Origin: Octopus sinensis
Taxonomy: Eukaryota
Assembly: GCF_006345805.1 (NCBI RefSeq)
Contig: NC_042997.1
Span: forward strand, 134,106,001-134,170,000
Length of the DNA stretch: 64,000 nucleotides
Direction of reading: 5' to 3'
Both the position numbers and the translations under genes were made by a program. Position 1 is the first letter of the stretch, and each line of letters starts with the position of its first letter. A model generated the notes under the pieces. That model was given only the letters and a program-made list of their open reading frames with translations, made no database searches and had not been told where the DNA came from. Shown in pieces: positions 13,130 through 25,381 of this stretch.

Positions 13130-13527
13130 TGTGTACAGTGCTCAGGTGCACTACAACTCATCTAAAGTGTATATATAATCTTCCGGTTCAGAGAACAAGG
13201 TGTCATCATTTCACTTTTCTCTTCCTTTGTACGGCCACACTTCGAATACTGCTGCCCCTTTTGGTCTGCCCATACAAAACATCGAAAATTGAATCACCCC
13301 AGAGGGCACTCACTAAACGAATTGAAGGCATGACTGATCTCGATTACTGGGACCGCCTTAAAGCCTTGAAACTCTACTGTCTCCAGCGCCGCTGCGAGCG
13401 GTATATCATTTGTACGATGTGGAGAATATACTGCCAGCATTGTCCAAATGACCTGAACATTAGTTTCAAGGTTCATCTAAGGCTGGGACCACGGGCCATG
13501 TGTCCTCTGCCCAATTCAGGATCGTTC
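12335..13527 (+). mobile_element. CR1/Jockey-group LINE reverse transcriptase fragment
   Basis: [61 protein letters not shown]; broken by stops and a (TAA)n insertion. Confidence 0.9.
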
Positions 13528-13586
13528 TGTGCCCACATATTTATATGTATATACGTATACATGTAAGTATGTACGTATACATACAT

Positions 13587-13682
<96 letters not shown>

Positions 13683-15238
13683 GTATATTGTTGTGCCTTT
13701 AGGAGAGTCATTCTGTCTTAATGCCTTATTAATTAACACATTCACCGGTTCAGTTTCTACTCATTTAGTTATTTATTTATATTATTACGGAGATGTATTT
13801 GCATAGCAAGTGACCTGATAAGAGATCGTGTGCTGAAAGACAAACAACTGCAGCGTGGAAGGTATTCATAAGCCGTTTAAAAACACACAAAAATCGATAG
13901 ATTCACTTCAACATTTAAATATAATTTGCCAAAATATTTTCGTCGCTTTGATACCGCGACCTGTTCACTGACAAAATTCCGTGCAGCACCGATAGAATAA
14001 GTAATTGACTTAAGTAAAGAAAGATATAAGTAATGATGTGGATTTGTTCGACCAAAACCCTTAAAAGAGGTGCCTTAGTCTGGTCGCAGTCCAATAAGCA
14101 AAACTAACAATTAAATGATAAAAGATATCTACATTTGCTTCTATCGCCTAAAGGTCAAGCTGTTTCAGTTATCAGTATGTCAATTCCTGAACCAATTGAA
14201 TATAGCATATAACATCTTATTGTTCATCATATTAGTGTTGTTGTTATTACTGTTATTGTTGTTAGTGCTGTCCTTTGTGTTGTTGTTTCTTGACCATATC
14301 GTGAATCCTTTGCTATTATATTTATTGCTTGGGGACGTGAATATATTATGCGAGTGTAACAGTGTGTGTTCGCCGGTGCAACGGCTATGACGGTGGGTAT
14401 TTTGTTACTTACTCCACCTTCAAAAAGATGATAGCCCGTGAGCGAGTTTGTTAGTGGATGTACTGTGTCTAATAATACACTATGTATGAGGGGCGATGGA
14501 AAATTTACATCCTGTGCTTTTTTCTCTCTTATTCGTATCTGAAATCGCTATTTAAAAATTATTTAATAGAAGGTTATTCGGAATGGGTTTCAAACTCCTG
14601 ATTAATGCTAAAAGATAAGGAATGTAAACTGAGGAAATGATGAAATTTTGAGTGGCTGCCTGGTCATTCTCTGAAGAGGAATATAACAAATTTGGACTGG
14701 CGAAGTAGAGTAAACAGGTATTTGAAAATATCTCATCGACGAAGAATCTGCGTTTTCTATATTTTATGGTATATGACAAATGTGTCAGATACATTGAACC
14801 TGCATTCAAGCTTGAAAAAGAAGTTCATACATCGCGAAATTACACAAATTCAAACAGAATGTTCAATGAAAATCAGACGTAACAATTTAGAACGCAAGTA
14901 TAAAAACATCAAGAAATATGTAATTTAGTCATTATTGTCTCGAACAGATAAAGTTAGAGAATACATGATATATTTCTTGATTATTCTGGATTTGCGTTCT
15001 ACAGTTTTCGTTAATAAGTTTTTCGAAATATTTGTTTATCCAATTTCAACGGTCCAAAATTGATATTTTCTTTCGGGTTCACCAGACGGCACCAAAGACG
15101 TCGTCGTACTTTATTTTGTACCGCGAAACGGGTATATCCACACCCGTTCGCATACTCTTCCATTAGGTATATTTTAAATAGTGAGTTCAGAGAGAATCAA
15201 ACACAGGAAGTAATATGTCTCTCGCTGCTCGTACATTT

Positions 15239-15285
<47 letters not shown>

Positions 15286-15867
15286 ATATATACTCATTAT
15301 AAGGGAAGCTGTTGAGACTTCATCTTCGTATAATTCTAGCATAGTACAGGCATTGTTTACAGAAATCCTTTTATCTTTAATAAACAACCAAGTACACTAA
15401 AAGTACAAAACTGGTATATAAAAAGCCGCAGAAAAAAAACACCGATAAAAGATTTGGATGAGACATCCAGCTGTCCAATATGATTTACCCAGAGCAAAAG
15501 TATAATGCATAAGAAATAACAAAGGTGGAATATTTGTGTTTATATTATATTTTATTCATTAAATGCAATTTTATGTTACAATTATAATTTATACACAGTA
15601 TAAACTGGTCAGTTCTTGCTCCCTATATTTATGAAATATATAGAACAAGATTATATTAAACACAATGTTATTGGGAAATAAATTCTTATAAAATTATACA
15701 AAAGTCTTATTTACTAAAATAATGTACAAACTATAAAATTAATTATATATTACATATTGAAAGGAATATAAATATCCAATAGGGAACAATACATACGTAT
15801 AAATATTTCTTTAATTAGTTTAAATTTATTCTATATACACAGTTATTTTAAACATGCCTTGCTTGCC

Positions 15868-15965
<98 letters not shown>

Positions 15966-16177
15966 GTATGTAACTGAAAGGCTACGATTTCCAGCAACCA
16001 TAAAAATATTTAGACTATGAATATACAAGAGAAAATCAAGCGGGGGTTTACCATCTGATGATTGCAAACAAGAAAACTTGAGGGATGCAAAACGGAGTCT
16101 TTCACTGATAATGTATCAATGAATGTTCTACATTTGCTTTCATTCCTGTAAGTTGTCACTTCTGATGAGTAAAAACA

Positions 16178-16265
<88 letters not shown>

Positions 16266-16359
16266 TATATATATATAATATATATATATATGTACATGTA
16301 GAGGTAGGTACGTACATATATGTTTGTATATATGCATATGTTTTATTTTATTTATTATT

Positions 16360-16390
<31 letters not shown>

Positions 16391-16779
16391 TAGAAATATA
16401 TGCTAAATAAAATGTGTAGGAAGGAGGATGTGTGCATATATGCATGCGTATGCACCTATACTCTTTCCAACTCACTTTGGCTCTATGAACGTTATCCTCC
16501 AATTTGCAAATTCACGCGTAATTTCGGTTAGATTCATATCGGTTCATGAACCTCATATACATATGCTGTAATTTATTATTCAATTGACAAAGGTAACAAG
16601 ATAAAATAAATAAAGACGGAGATAAAAAAATTAAAATCAAGAAATGAAAATAAGAGAGAAAATAATGATAATAATAATAATAATAAAAACCACACGGTGG
16701 TCAACTCGTCGTTCCATGATACTATGAATAACTTTTGCGTTACACGCATTGAACGAACAATTTAGCATTTGGTCGATTT

Positions 16780-17298
16780 TTAGTTCCCATTGTCGTCTCT
16801 ATTGACATCAACCTTCCGTGCACACACACAGGCTGTGGATACATAAATTATATCTGGTTTATACACATACAATCCATCAATACATTCACCTGTTCGTTTC
16901 AGGACAGTCATTTTAGTGTGTACAGGCGTACATTCTTGATTGGTGTACTTAGGGCCGACACAGGTTTCACAGCGACATCTCGCTTCCCTACGTGATGGAG
17001 GGAAAACTGTTGAATCATGCGTAATGTCCAGGTACCAAGGACAGGTTGAACGTTCGCGGATTTCACCAAAAGATTCAAGCGATACTGGGCACTTTTTATC
17101 ACCATCGGTCAGTGTTGTCCGGTTTTCGGCTGGAGCCATTTCAGCTGGCAGAAAAAAATTATTGTCAATGGCTGCTTTGGACAAGCTCTTGTAGCGGACT
17201 TTTAAGTCTGATGGTATTTTACATTGGGTTGGAATTGATGCCGAAGATACAATCAAGATGAAGTTCAAGATGAGAAAGATTACAACTTGTGAGAGATC
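16780..17298 (-). CDS. IL17: Interleukin-17-like cytokine, exon 2 (172 codons + stop)
   Basis: Acceptor ttgttttattacag|GAT. Signal peptide (M)DLSQVVIFLILNFILIVSSA, then IL-17 cystine-knot motifs RSTCPWY, EARCRCETC, VLKRTGECIDGLYVY and VSTACVC; 10 Cys. Confidence 0.93.
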   Translation of the reverse strand, partial: DLSQVVIFLILNFILIVSSASIPTQCKIPSDLKVRYKSLSKAAIDNNFFLPAEMAPAENRTTLTDGDKKCPVSLESFGEIRERSTCPWYLDITHDSTVFPPSRREARCRCETCVGPKYTNQECTPVHTKMTVLKRTGECIDGLYVYKPDIIYVSTACVCARKVDVNRDDNGN

Positions 17299-17394
17299 CT
17301 GTAATAAAACAAGATATATTTTCATTAGGCTTTCTACGTTAATATATATATATACACACGTATATGTATATCTATAAATAGACAGATAGGTAGT

Positions 17395-17460
<66 letters not shown>

Positions 17461-18179
17461 TAGCTACCTCTTTTCTGTGTCTGGTTTGCACGATACATTA
17501 TGTGAAGTCGTGTGTTGCATCACTGCGTGTGTTAATGTTATTGGGATAAAAACTCGCCTAAGTCACAACACTATACATGGAGTGAGAGAGAGAGAGAGAG
17601 AGAGGGAGAGAGGGAGAGAGAGAGAAAGAAAGAGAAAGAGAGAGAAGGAGAGGGCGAAAGAGACTGAGTGAGGAAGTGAGAGAAAGTGGAAAGATAGAAG
17701 ATGCGATGAAGTCCATGCAATGAAGTCCATTCAGTTCCAGGTCAGACCAGTGTTTGCGTGTCATTGGGATGCCAGCTAGGACTTGAACAATCACGACTGG
17801 ACCAGCTTCGAAAGTGGGGTCTAAAAATCTTTAGACCACAGAAGCATCACTGACATTACATCCCATAGCATATGTATCATAGCATATGCATCATAAACCT
17901 AATTCATTACATAGACATAGACAACTAGGTGATACAAAAAGGGGCAACAAAACACCCAGATAGACGATACAAAAAAAAAACAAGGACTGGTCATTCGAAG
18001 CTTTCTATCCTCAGTCAAGAACTAAATCATCCTCGCAATTTTGGTATGAGTGTGTGTGTGTGTGTGTGTGTGTGCATTCATAGATACATAGTTTTTCATT
18101 ATTGTAGAATCGGACGCTTTACTTCAGAAAGAGTGGCATGAAGAAATTCGCTAGTAAACATAAACTGAAGTCTACTTAC

Positions 18180-18182
18180 CAT
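18180..18182 (-). CDS. IL17: IL-17 exon 1 coding part (ATG only)
   Basis: aaaataacgATG|gtaagtag. A phase-0 join to GAT gives MDLSQ...; ATG|gtaagtag is conserved at 50775 and 60971. Confidence 0.8.
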
Positions 18183-18309
18183 CGTTATTTTTACTGTGGT
18201 GTTTTTTTCGCTTTGAAATATAAAGTAAGATGAGAGCAATACAGCTTGTAAGTCAGTAAGGCACTAAGGCAGCCAGATATTTAACTCGTTTCTGAATGTG
18301 ATTTGCTTC

Positions 18310-18440
18310 TAAATGATATCGACTCTCCTTGATTTGCTCCTTATATACCGTTGCAAAATCCACTTATGTTAATGTTATTCATAAAACAACAGGAAAAGTA
18401 TTTGATTTAAAAATATCAACGAGTGGGACTCCAAACTATA
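18310..18440 (-). promoter_or_regulatory. IL-17 core promoter: TATA (18347-18341), Inr TCATTT (+1 ~18314), adjacent C/EBP-like site
   Basis: TATATAA lies 33 nt upstream of TCA(+1)TTT, with the same spacing in paralogs (50611/50645; 60808/60841). The C/EBP call is motif inference only. Confidence 0.7.
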
Positions 18441-19236
18441 CAGAAGTGCCCTCATCCGGCTGTATGGTGAATCTGGACTATGTGTAATACTTTCTAATAA
18501 ATTATAGAATTTAACTACTATCCTGACCCAGTATCGTAGGTGTTATTGTAGATCTCAATGATACACAGTCATCTCAGTTGCGATATACGCCCTATTGCCC
18601 GCTTTCTCTAATTTTAACATAGTATTATGCAGTCACTGTTGTGCAGAGAAAAATCTACTTTAAGCGTACTTCAGCGTTCTAATTGTATCATTAGTGTACA
18701 CATCTGTAATAACAATATTTCCCTTCTTTTAGATTGGAATAAACAACGATGATAATTTCAAATGTCATTTTATATTCTTTATAAGTTTTACTATGTTATG
18801 TAATTTTGATAGAATTTTTTCTGTCTCTCAGAACAGTCTCTCCAAGTTATTCAGAGTAACTACGCAATTACAATAAAATAATTTATATCGTCTCAGGTTC
18901 AAGTATTTATATACCTTGTGATCACGAAATTCGCATCACTATTTGATTAACAAACATACAAACAATACGAAGGAATATTGCCAACGTAACTGCAAAGTTG
19001 AGTAATACCCAAAATGGTGTAACAAGCAATTGTTCAGTACCGGAGATTATAAATATTTCATATCAAAATTCCACCCCACGCCTCCGCTACTCCATAATTT
19101 CCTCGTTATGGGGTACATGTAGAAAAGTTAGGATCTATGCAATAAGGTGTCTATCTATTCTTTGTACATTCTTCATCGATGTTAATTTTCGTTATCGAAG
19201 AATATGTTTTTATTTGGATTTTCATTGCTTTGTGTG

Positions 19237-20988
19237 CACTCCAGGAATTATTACACCCATCAGCACGTTTTCTACCACAGGGTTTATCAATAGTCTTTAG
19301 CTAATTTGGAGGCACTGAATCCAAATCTGGCATCAGATTTTATCTACCACATAGAATTTTTGAGATATAAAATTTTTTAATTTGGCTAGAAAAGCTATCT
19401 AATGCTCATAATGTAATAAGTCAAAACACGAAGTTGTGGAGTAATTACACATTAGCATTTAAAAATTAAATTTGGTAATAAGAAAATATTACTACAAAAT
19501 CTCTATTCATTGTGGTCATTCATTTTGATCGTGCTATTACTGCAAGAACTTCCTCTGTTTTTCTTTGACTATCTCGTACACAACTTCTGGAAAATCTCTC
19601 ATCCAGCTCCCGCGGTAATTTGCCGTTGTATTTGAATCCCATTGGCCTTGGTAGCGTTCTTCCATTTCTTTTACGTCTTGATAAAAGGGTTCACCTTCTT
19701 CTTCCCTAACATCACTCAAGTAGTCTGGAACTCACCCAAATGACTTAATTTAATGCCCATTTTCCATCGAAGTGCTCTTTTCCCACTCAGTGATCCTTTG
19801 TAGCCCTACTCTCCCAGTAGCACAGGAAACAAGGCCCAGTAGAAGGTTTGCAATTTTCAGATCGACACAAATTGCTCGTCCATGAACATGATAGTGCAAC
19901 CTCTCCAGAATTCTCTTGATGTTGGCATACTACTCTTTCATTTTTATAGAATGTACTATTGGAATTGAGCCATACAAATTCCGTTGTGGAGTAAAAAAAA
20001 ATTCAATCTGGTTTTAGAGTTGTCAAGAAGTCTCCACTCACGTGAAATATTTGCCAGCACTCCCATATTGAGAAGAATCCCTTCAACATCATTGCAATAA
20101 ACATGTTGACCATCTGAAAGGAAGTACGTCCACAGTTCTGCTTCTCTGTTACAATAAATGGAAACACAAGTGTCAGGTTTCAGCAGTCTTATCTCTTGCA
20201 AACCTGGAAGCCAATAATTCTGCTTTGGCTCAAACAAATCCCTAACCAGATCATTCAATTCAAGTTGACTAAACAGAGAAAAATGACCACAGTCTGAATC
20301 AGATGGCATAAGGCGTTCATCTTCATCACCTGTAGGTGAATTGAGGGCTTCATCATCAATCTGTGACATCTCAATAAATACAGACACAGATATTTCCTTG
20401 GAGTGTGCAACCTGTCGACGCGCTGATAGGATATCTGGGTATTGCAATTTTCGTTTGGCTTTTGTATTGATCTCTTTGCACTCTTTCTTTCAGACCATCA
20501 TCGCAAAGTTTCAACATATCTTTTTCAAATTTTGTGGGGATCCCAGGTTTTGTCCTAAGCTCCAAGTGTGACTTTGAAGTACGTAATATACATCTTCATG
20601 ACAAATTTATTAACGTTGCGCCTTTGAGCCTGTGGGAGTGAAATTTCCACAGATGTAATAGAAGACATCGGGGTCATTACAACACCCCCTTCCTTTTGAT
20701 GTATCCGTAACTAGATTACAGTAGTTTCCTTTACAACTGAAAAGAAGAGATAGGGTTGTAAAGCAAAATTCTGCTTAGATATATTAAACCAACTGCATCT
20801 CCCGCAAATTGTGTTGTAAAGATAATTTTTGGTGTAATCCAAATAAAGAAGGTATATACCGAGGGCACAAAAATGTTATGTGATAGAGCAAATCCGAGAT
20901 CAGTTTTGGGATCAGCACCCAAAAATTAATCTAAAACAGCTCTAAGATTTTATGCCAGAGAATAAAGTAGTTAATTTGTTGACGAGTG
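19237..20988 (-). mobile_element. Chapaev3-like (CMC) DNA transposon, internally deleted
   Basis: Termini CACTC...GAGTG. Transposase remnants DVFYYICG, KTWDPH, FSQLELNDLVRDL, WRLLDNSK..LLHNG and GEPFYQDVKEMEERYQG. No clear TSD. Confidence 0.7.
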
Positions 20989-22048
20989 TTATCTTTTTGA
21001 TAGATTTCTGCATGCGTCAGCTAATAAAATGCTGATTATTGTAGAGAAAAGTCCGTACACTTCACAGATACATTGGTAAGGCAGGATAGCATTGTGTGAG
21101 GGGACACACAACACGGTCCCAACAGTGTACAGAATCACAAAGTCCCTTACACCGGTGAATTGCGAGTGTTATGAACGAACACATATATTATAAAGTGAGA
21201 TGTTTCCAGTGACACAACAGCGATTAGATATTCACGTTCCAATCTGTCAGAAGCTATTAAAAATGAATGAAACACATTATATTTCCTCTAAATTATTTTC
21301 CATAATAGAAATTCTTGATTGCTGTTCGAACCATGCTTAAAGTACACGCGAAATTACAGTGATATGGGGTAAATGTTCCACTGTCCAGTGATGGGCTAAA
21401 TATATACCTGCTAATGTTCTCTGCAAAATGCTATATGAGCGCGTTTGGTGAAGAGATTTCCTTTTTATGTATTTTGTATCAATTTTAACTTTTCAGTCAT
21501 CAAGGAAAGTTAGTTTTTCGGATTTTCATATATTGCAAAATCAAATTTATTAGCTCATTTGTTTTTTTCTTACAAAATGCTTAACAGTGCTTATATTTTC
21601 TGGGTTTTTCATATTGTTCATATAATTTCAATTGCAATATTGGCCATATACAAGTCGATCCTGTTCGATTTTTCTGTTTATATGAGAGACGTTAAATTTC
21701 AAGTTGCTTCTCTATCGTAAATGCCTATGTTTATTTCGGCTTCTCTTAACCCAGAAGAAACAAAAGATCGTCGTAAAATAAAAGCGACTTCCTTGTATTC
21801 ATAATGTTAATGATATCACTGCCAGTTTGTGGTCGTAAATATCTTAACGACTTAGAGCGCTTACAGAACAAAAAAAAGAAAAACAGAAAGAAAAAAAAAC
21901 AGTATTGTGTAACATGGAAAACGGTTAATGTGAAGTTGAAATTATTTTGAAAGTATTAAATTCGCTTTATTTAAAGACTTTATTCCTTACAGATCAACAG
22001 TATTTACGGACTGGATGGATGTTAGCCGAAAAAGTCGCTTCTTGAATG

Positions 22049-22128
<80 letters not shown>

Positions 22129-22359
22129 TACACATACACACACACACACACATATATATATAAAATACAAAAAAGGCAACAAAATATCCAGACAGACGAT
22201 ACAAGGAAAACAAGGACGCATCATTCGGAGTTTTCTATCCTCAGTCGAGTTTCAGATTATCTTTGCAATTTAGGCTGGTTATACTGGAGATTGCTCCAGT
22301 CTGACCAGCCTCAAGGAAAAAATAAGCTTAGAGCATTATATTCGCAGGAAGAAAGCAGC

Positions 22360-22400
<41 letters not shown>

Positions 22401-23298
22401 AAGGGGTGTTGAAAAATTCTTGGCTTTAAGGTTATCGCGAAATTCGGACGTTTTCAAGTTTGCAACCAAACTTTGTTTCCCGGCCCAAACTTCCGAGCTG
22501 CCTTCCTTACACGATTTAGAACAACCAAAGGGCTGATGTAATAGGTGTGTAAATCATAATTAACTGATCTTCCAGTACTTTTTTTAATCCAAAGCGAGGA
22601 TATGTATACATGCATGCTTATAATATAATATAAGATAACATAAAAAAAAACCCCAAAAAAGCCAACGATTTGTTTCGACTTATTTGATGTATAAACAATT
22701 CATATCCATGTATACAAATCGCTTCAGGGTTTTGGTTCAAAAGACAGACGAAATTCCATGTAAAAGTACTGCTAGATTTAAGATAAGGATTCAAAATACT
22801 TATGTTTAAGAGCGTGAACGTTAACTTTTCAAATACATAACAAGTACCATAAAATAAAATTATAACGGACAAAATAATTAAGTAAAGAAAATCTACAACT
22901 GTCAAAATGTTTCTTTAATATCACTTCAAATGCATTTAAGTCGAAAACATTCACTGGCTATTTTAATGATATATAATAATAACAATAGATAAATAAATGA
23001 AGTATCAGAGTCTTACTTCGTTTAAGAGAAGGTAAGAAATCGTGTAAATTCAATATTTATTCATATATTACTTCGACACCTGATTCGTGGAACACAGTGT
23101 ACCTTTTCAGACAACGTCGATTTCATGGAGAGCGTGAGCTAACGTGCGACACGAACGCGCGCGCACACGCACACAGAGACACGCACGCACACACACATTC
23201 ATTATTGTTGAATCAAGCATTTTATTCTGTCAGTTTACTTCACAAAAAAAAAACAACTCAAATAGTTAAGGAGTAATATGCAGAATTACACCAAATAA

Positions 23299-23678
23299 TC
23301 TCTCTCTATATAAAACTGAAGTTGTCTGTTTAGTAGCCTTCAACTAACACTATCTCCTCAGAGACCCTGCGGCGCAAGTTGACCAAAGTTGAGAGTATGA
23401 TAGAAGAAGGCTTGCTCTTCCTTCCGGAGCAGAAAAAATTCAAATCGGACCAGGTTAATACCAAAAATTATTTACATAAAAAAGGTGTTTTTTTCTATGA
23501 AAATGCCTATTTTTTACGATTTTTTGACAGCTGTGTCGCCATTTTTCGGTGTATTTCAACCAGAAAAATGTTGACTTAAAGAAAATAACAAGCTACATAA
23601 TGCAAAAGTTTTACTTTTCAAAAATTCCAATTCTAAAGGGTCGAAACAAACCCAAGCAACGCCGGGCGATACTGCTAG
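23299..23678 (+). mobile_element. Non-autonomous Helitron
   Basis: 5' TC (tctctctctatataaaac), 3' hairpin cccaagcaacgccggg then ctgCTAG; inserted between A and T. Confidence 0.8.
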
Positions 23679-23679
23679 T

Positions 23680-24130
23680 ATGAACTAAGGTCATCGTTAT
23701 TTTTACTTATTGTTTGTTCTGTTTGAAATAGAAAGCAAGATGAGAGCTGTACGGTTGTAAGTCAGTAATGCACTAAAGAAACAAGAAACTTTACTCGTTT
23801 CTTATTATGATGTGCATGTAAATAATGTCGATAGTCTTTAAGTTGCTCATTATATTTTCGAGTTGCAATCAAATTACATTTCTTTACTTCAATAGTTTCT
23901 AATATTTTACCTTCTCTCTACTAGTTGATGACACTAGTTTTGTGGTTTCCGCACAATGATATTCATAAAATAAGGAGAAAATATTTGATTTAAAATTAAC
24001 TTGCAGTATTCTAAACTACACGGAAGAGTTTATATCCGGTAACTGCTGATCCAGCCTGTGTGTAAGAGTTCTTAATTACTTGCAAAGTTTCACAGCTACT
24101 ATAATCCACTTCAGTGTTATTGTAGTTATC
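23680..24130 (-). pseudogene. IL-17 paralog remnant: promoter/exon 1 with deleted splice donor; no exon 2 found
   Basis: Homologous to 18170-18620. ATG at 23694-23692 is followed by accttagttc instead of gtaagtagac; TATA and Inr are degenerate. Confidence 0.75.
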
Positions 24131-24255
24131 AGAGCAACTTAAAAATTAGAATAAATAAAACTATAAAGTTGCTTGTTTATACGTTTATACGTTCTACTAG
24201 TATCATGAAATCTATACATCACTATTTGATTAATTTAACCAGTAAGACGTAATAT

Positions 24256-24669
24256 AAATAAATGCGCCCTTTTTTAAAGCCTAGCCAGGCTGATGTGGAG
24301 GCGCGTGGCTTAGTGGTTAGGGTATCAGCATCATGATCGTAAGATTGTGGTTTCGATTCCTGGACCGGGCGACGCGTTGTGTGCTTGAGCAAAACACTTC
24401 ATTTCACGTTGCTCCAGTCCACTCAGCAGGCAAAAATGAGTAACGCTGCGATGGACTGGTTTCCCGGTTGCTATGACGTATGTGTTCCCCAGCAGGACGG
24501 GGCGCCAGTCCATCGCAACGTTACTCATTTTTGCCAGCTGAGTGGACTGGAGCAACGTGAAATGAAGTGTTTTGTTCAAGCACACAACGCGTCGCTCGGT
24601 CCAGGTATCGAAACCACAATCTTACGATCATGATGCTGACACCCTAACCACTAAGCCACGCGCCCCTAC
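24256..24669 (-). mobile_element. tRNA-SINE containing an inverted copy of its own 5' half
   Basis: ~163-nt arms (24297-24460, 24505-24665) with about 6 mismatches; 12-bp TSD aagacgtaatat at 24244-24255 and 24670-24681. Confidence 0.8.
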
Positions 24670-24932
24670 AAGACGTAATATGTCTCGATGTAACTGTATA
24701 AAATTAAATAAAACCCAAATAGTTGTAACATACAATTGTTCTCTACTTGGGTTTATAACTATTTGATATATTTAGAAAACATTTTCATAATTCCTGATGT
24801 GCATACACAAAAGCTAGAATCTAAGTAGTAACTTAAACGATTCTTAGCACGTCCATGTTGATTCGAACGTGAATATTTTATTGCTGTTAATTTTTGTTAT
24901 CGGAGAATATATTTGTATTTGGAATCTCACTG

Positions 24933-25381
24933 GGATCTTTTCGGTTTGACCGGCAGTTTTTTCTAGCGGTGTCATATGAAATTGTCATCCATAATTATGA
25001 CCCTAGTATCGACCTATTGCATTTCAATCTGTTTTAGGGTTAGGGTTAGAGTTAGGGTTAGTTAGGGTTAGGGTTAGGTTTAGGGTGGGGGGAAGGGTAT
25101 CTTTTTTTCTTCAGAAATGTAAATAAACCCAATCTGTTTCTTAAACGAGGGACCTATTCATACAGCACAGAATGTTTTCACCTCAATAGACGTCATTGAT
25201 TGGTTGAAATTGCAGAAATTGAAGAAAAAAACAACAAATATCTTACAAACTATAGAATTTTCTCAATAAAGCCAAGAGAAAAAGATGTTTTATAAACACA
25301 TTCTACCAGTATACGAAGTTTAAAAGTGTTTAGTTACGTGGAAATTATTTTAAAAAACTGCCGGTCAAACCGAAAAGATCC
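24933..25381. mobile_element. MITE with ~29-bp TIRs, 8-bp TSD and internal (TTAGGG)n
   Basis: TIR ggatcttttcggtttgaccggcagttttt; TSD tctcactg at 24925-24932 and 25382-25389. Confidence 0.85.

Noticed and set aside
17299-17325. ORF-track N-terminus MKIYLVLLQ as the true IL-17 start
   Set aside because: It overlaps a polypyrimidine tract and AG acceptor. The conserved ATG|gtaagt exon with TATA/Inr upstream is the better model; kept only as a possible minor isoform.
19237-20988. RAG1-like or domesticated immune function for the Chapaev transposase next to IL-17
   Set aside because: The ORF is deleted and frameshifted in both copies, so nothing supports function.
22618-22905. 95-aa ORF with a hydrophobic, signal-like N-terminus, downstream of the dead promoter
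   Set aside because: No cystine-knot cysteines or IL-17 motifs; an AT-rich chance ORF.
25033-25090. (TTAGGG)n as a chromosome end or fusion site
   Set aside because: Short, degenerate and enclosed in a TIR element with a TSD.
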